This document shows, piece after piece, positions 62,516 through 64,000 of a stretch of 64,000 nucleotides of DNA (its first letter is position 1; every line of letters starts with the position of its first letter). The translations under genes were made by a program, and so were the position numbers. The notes under the pieces are model-generated. The model made no database searches. It was not told the origin of the DNA and saw only the letters and a list, made by a program, of their open reading frames with translations. This DNA comes from Puniceicoccaceae bacterium (GTDB taxonomy: Bacteria; Verrucomicrobiota; Verrucomicrobiia; Opitutales; Oceanipulchritudinaceae), in contig JBFOMH010000009.1 of NCBI GenBank assembly GCA_040830765.1, forward strand, positions 1 to 64,000. Reading direction: 5' to 3'.

Positions 62516-64000
62516 TTAGCTGGGGATGTAGATCCAGCTGCCACCAATACCATCGGAGGCGATGAAAATCCACTTGCCGAGGCTGGCCGAGAAAACCCAC
62601 TGGTTCGGGCCAAGCATGCCGTCGACCACATAGACGAATCCGAGCAGCTCAGTGTCGATGTAACCGGGGACGGAGAGGTAGCCGTTCTTGGCAGAGAAGG
62701 TCCAGGCAGCCCAGCTGATGACACCATTGAAGGCACCAACATAGTTGACTGCGGTGAAGAATCCATTGTCCGGCAAGGTGACGACATTATCGGGATTCAG
62801 GGCCGGGCTACCGGCGGACGGGCCACTGAGGGTCACCTTGCCACCGGCGCCACGGGTTACAGTCATGCCGGCGTCGGTCACGACCAGATTCTTGTTGGCG
62901 GCGTCACCAATGATGGCAACGGCGTCAACCCCGCTGAAGTCGTTGGCGTCAATCAGGACGCTGTCGATGGAGGTGGAGGTGTCACTGGTGATGATGTTGC
63001 CGACGAACGCGCTGGTACCGGACTGGACTGCATCCTGGACGATGTTGTTCTCAGGCTTGTTGTCGAATTGAAGCCATTCGGCATAGTCCAGGAAAACGGA
63101 GTTCCAGACCTGGTTGGCGCCACCATTGCGGATGCGCAGGGCGCGGCCGCTGCCGGGGGCGTTGGAAACGAAGGTCATGTTGGAGAAAATGCCCAGAGCG
63201 GCCGGGGTATTGGTTTCCGGGGAATCGGCACCATCCCATTCACCACCGCTGTCACCGTCACGGCTGGCTCCGAAGAGATCCTGGAAAGCGCTCTGGATAA
63301 CGACGATGTTCTGTCCGAGACCGCGGTAACCCTGGTCAAGGTCGAGGGTATCGTCCTCGGCATAGGCCAGAACGATGTTCTTCAGATTGGCCGCGCCACC
63401 GAAGATTTCGATGCCGTCGTCACCGGAGACGAAGATTTCGATGTTTTCCAGCAAGGTGCCGCTGCCGACACCACCGAGTGTCAGGCCCTGGATTTCATCA
63501 CCGTCTTCACCTGTCAGTGAGATACCGGTGTGGCGGATGGAAACATACTCCATGGCGCCGGCGCTGTGGCCATCGTTGGTACCGCCGTAGGTCAGGTAGG
63601 CAGTCTCCGTCGCAATGTCCAGTCCATGACGGCCAATCGGGTCGAGACCTTCGATCTGGTTGGTCAGGACCAGTTCCGGGTTGGCGACATTGTCAACACC
63701 GGTGGCGTCCGCGTTGATGAGCGCGTCCCCGAGGAGAATGATACCGGCCCAGAGGCTGACGTCATTGTGGTCGAGGGCCACCGTCTGCGCCTGCACGGAA
63801 GTGAAGACAATCGGGTTGTCGGGCGTACCAACTGCGTTAATGGTGGCACCGGAAGTGACAATGAGGGCACTGGCGGCGGCAGCGGCTTCGTCCTCGGCAT
63901 AGACCGTGACACCGGGTTCGATGGTCAGGGTAACGCCTGGGGCGACGTAGGTGACCCCGTCGATCAACCATTCAGATCCTGCGGGGAGGGTCGTGTCCTG
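62516..64000 (-). CDS. Probably secreted beta-helix-type protein with aromatic C-terminal tail (5' truncated)
   Basis: Frame open to 64000; TLTIEPG, AVGT..NPIVFTS, WAGIILLG, YVSIRH.G, GLTLGGVGSGT, DDGIEIFGG, DLDQGY.G, YVGAF; signal peptide lies outside the window. Confidence 0.85.
   Translation of the reverse strand, partial: QDTTLPAGSEWLIDGVTYVAPGVTLTIEPGVTVYAEDEAAAAASALIVTSGATINAVGTPDNPIVFTSVQAQTVALDHNDVSLWAGIILLGDALINADATGVDNVANPELVLTNQIEGLDPIGRHGLDIATETAYLTYGGTNDGHSAGAMEYVSIRHTGISLTGEDGDEIQGLTLGGVGSGTLLENIEIFVSGDDGIEIFGGAANLKNIVLAYAEDDTLDLDQGYRGLGQNIVVIQSAFQDLFGASRDGDSGGEWDGADSPETNTPAALGIFSNMTFVSNAPGSGRALRIRNGGANQVWNSVFLDYAEWLQFDNKPENNIVQDAVQSGTSAFVGNIITSDTSTSIDSVLIDANDFSGVDAVAIIGDAANKNLVVTDAGMTVTRGAGGKVTLSGPSAGSPALNPDNVVTLPDNGFFTAVNYVGAFNGVISWAAWTFSAKNGYLSVPGYIDTELLGFVYVVDGMLGPNQWVFSASLGKWIFIASDGIGGSWIYIPS

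Overview
Bacterial chromosomal window, GC-rich (about 55-60% by eye), densely coding. I found no rRNA, tRNA, CRISPR array, integrase or transposase. The gene styles suggest Verrucomicrobiota, probably Opitutales (inference only): Tat-exported Gfo/Idh/MocA protein, twin-domain TonB, exosortase, DnaE insertions. Layout: (1) housekeeping ppk1 (5' truncated), eno and prfA-prmC, with a REP-doublet-like 25-bp perfect inverted repeat between eno and prmC; (2) an NtrC-type two-component pair, then a clear sigma54 promoter with tandem palindromic enhancer sites upstream of a ~17-kb MacAB/TolC-type exporter array (2 adaptors, 2 ATPases, 5 permeases, 2 TolC); (3) an RND efflux operon; (4) ~12 kb of small accessory genes, mostly on the minus strand; (5) dnaE-exosortase convergent with an outer-membrane barrel-fabA-fabB unit; (6) SLC13 permease, an Fpg/Nei glycosylase with a degenerate zinc finger, a TPR-TPR-ExbB unit convergent with twin-domain TonB and a YfgM-like gene, and a truncated secreted protein ending in an aromatic/Gly-rich tail that may be a lineage-specific sorting or anchoring domain. 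Best leads: that C-terminal tail together with the neighbouring TPR/ExbB/TonB genes, the sigma54-controlled multi-permease exporter, and the REPIN-like element. All functional calls are from motif recognition by eye; no searches were run.
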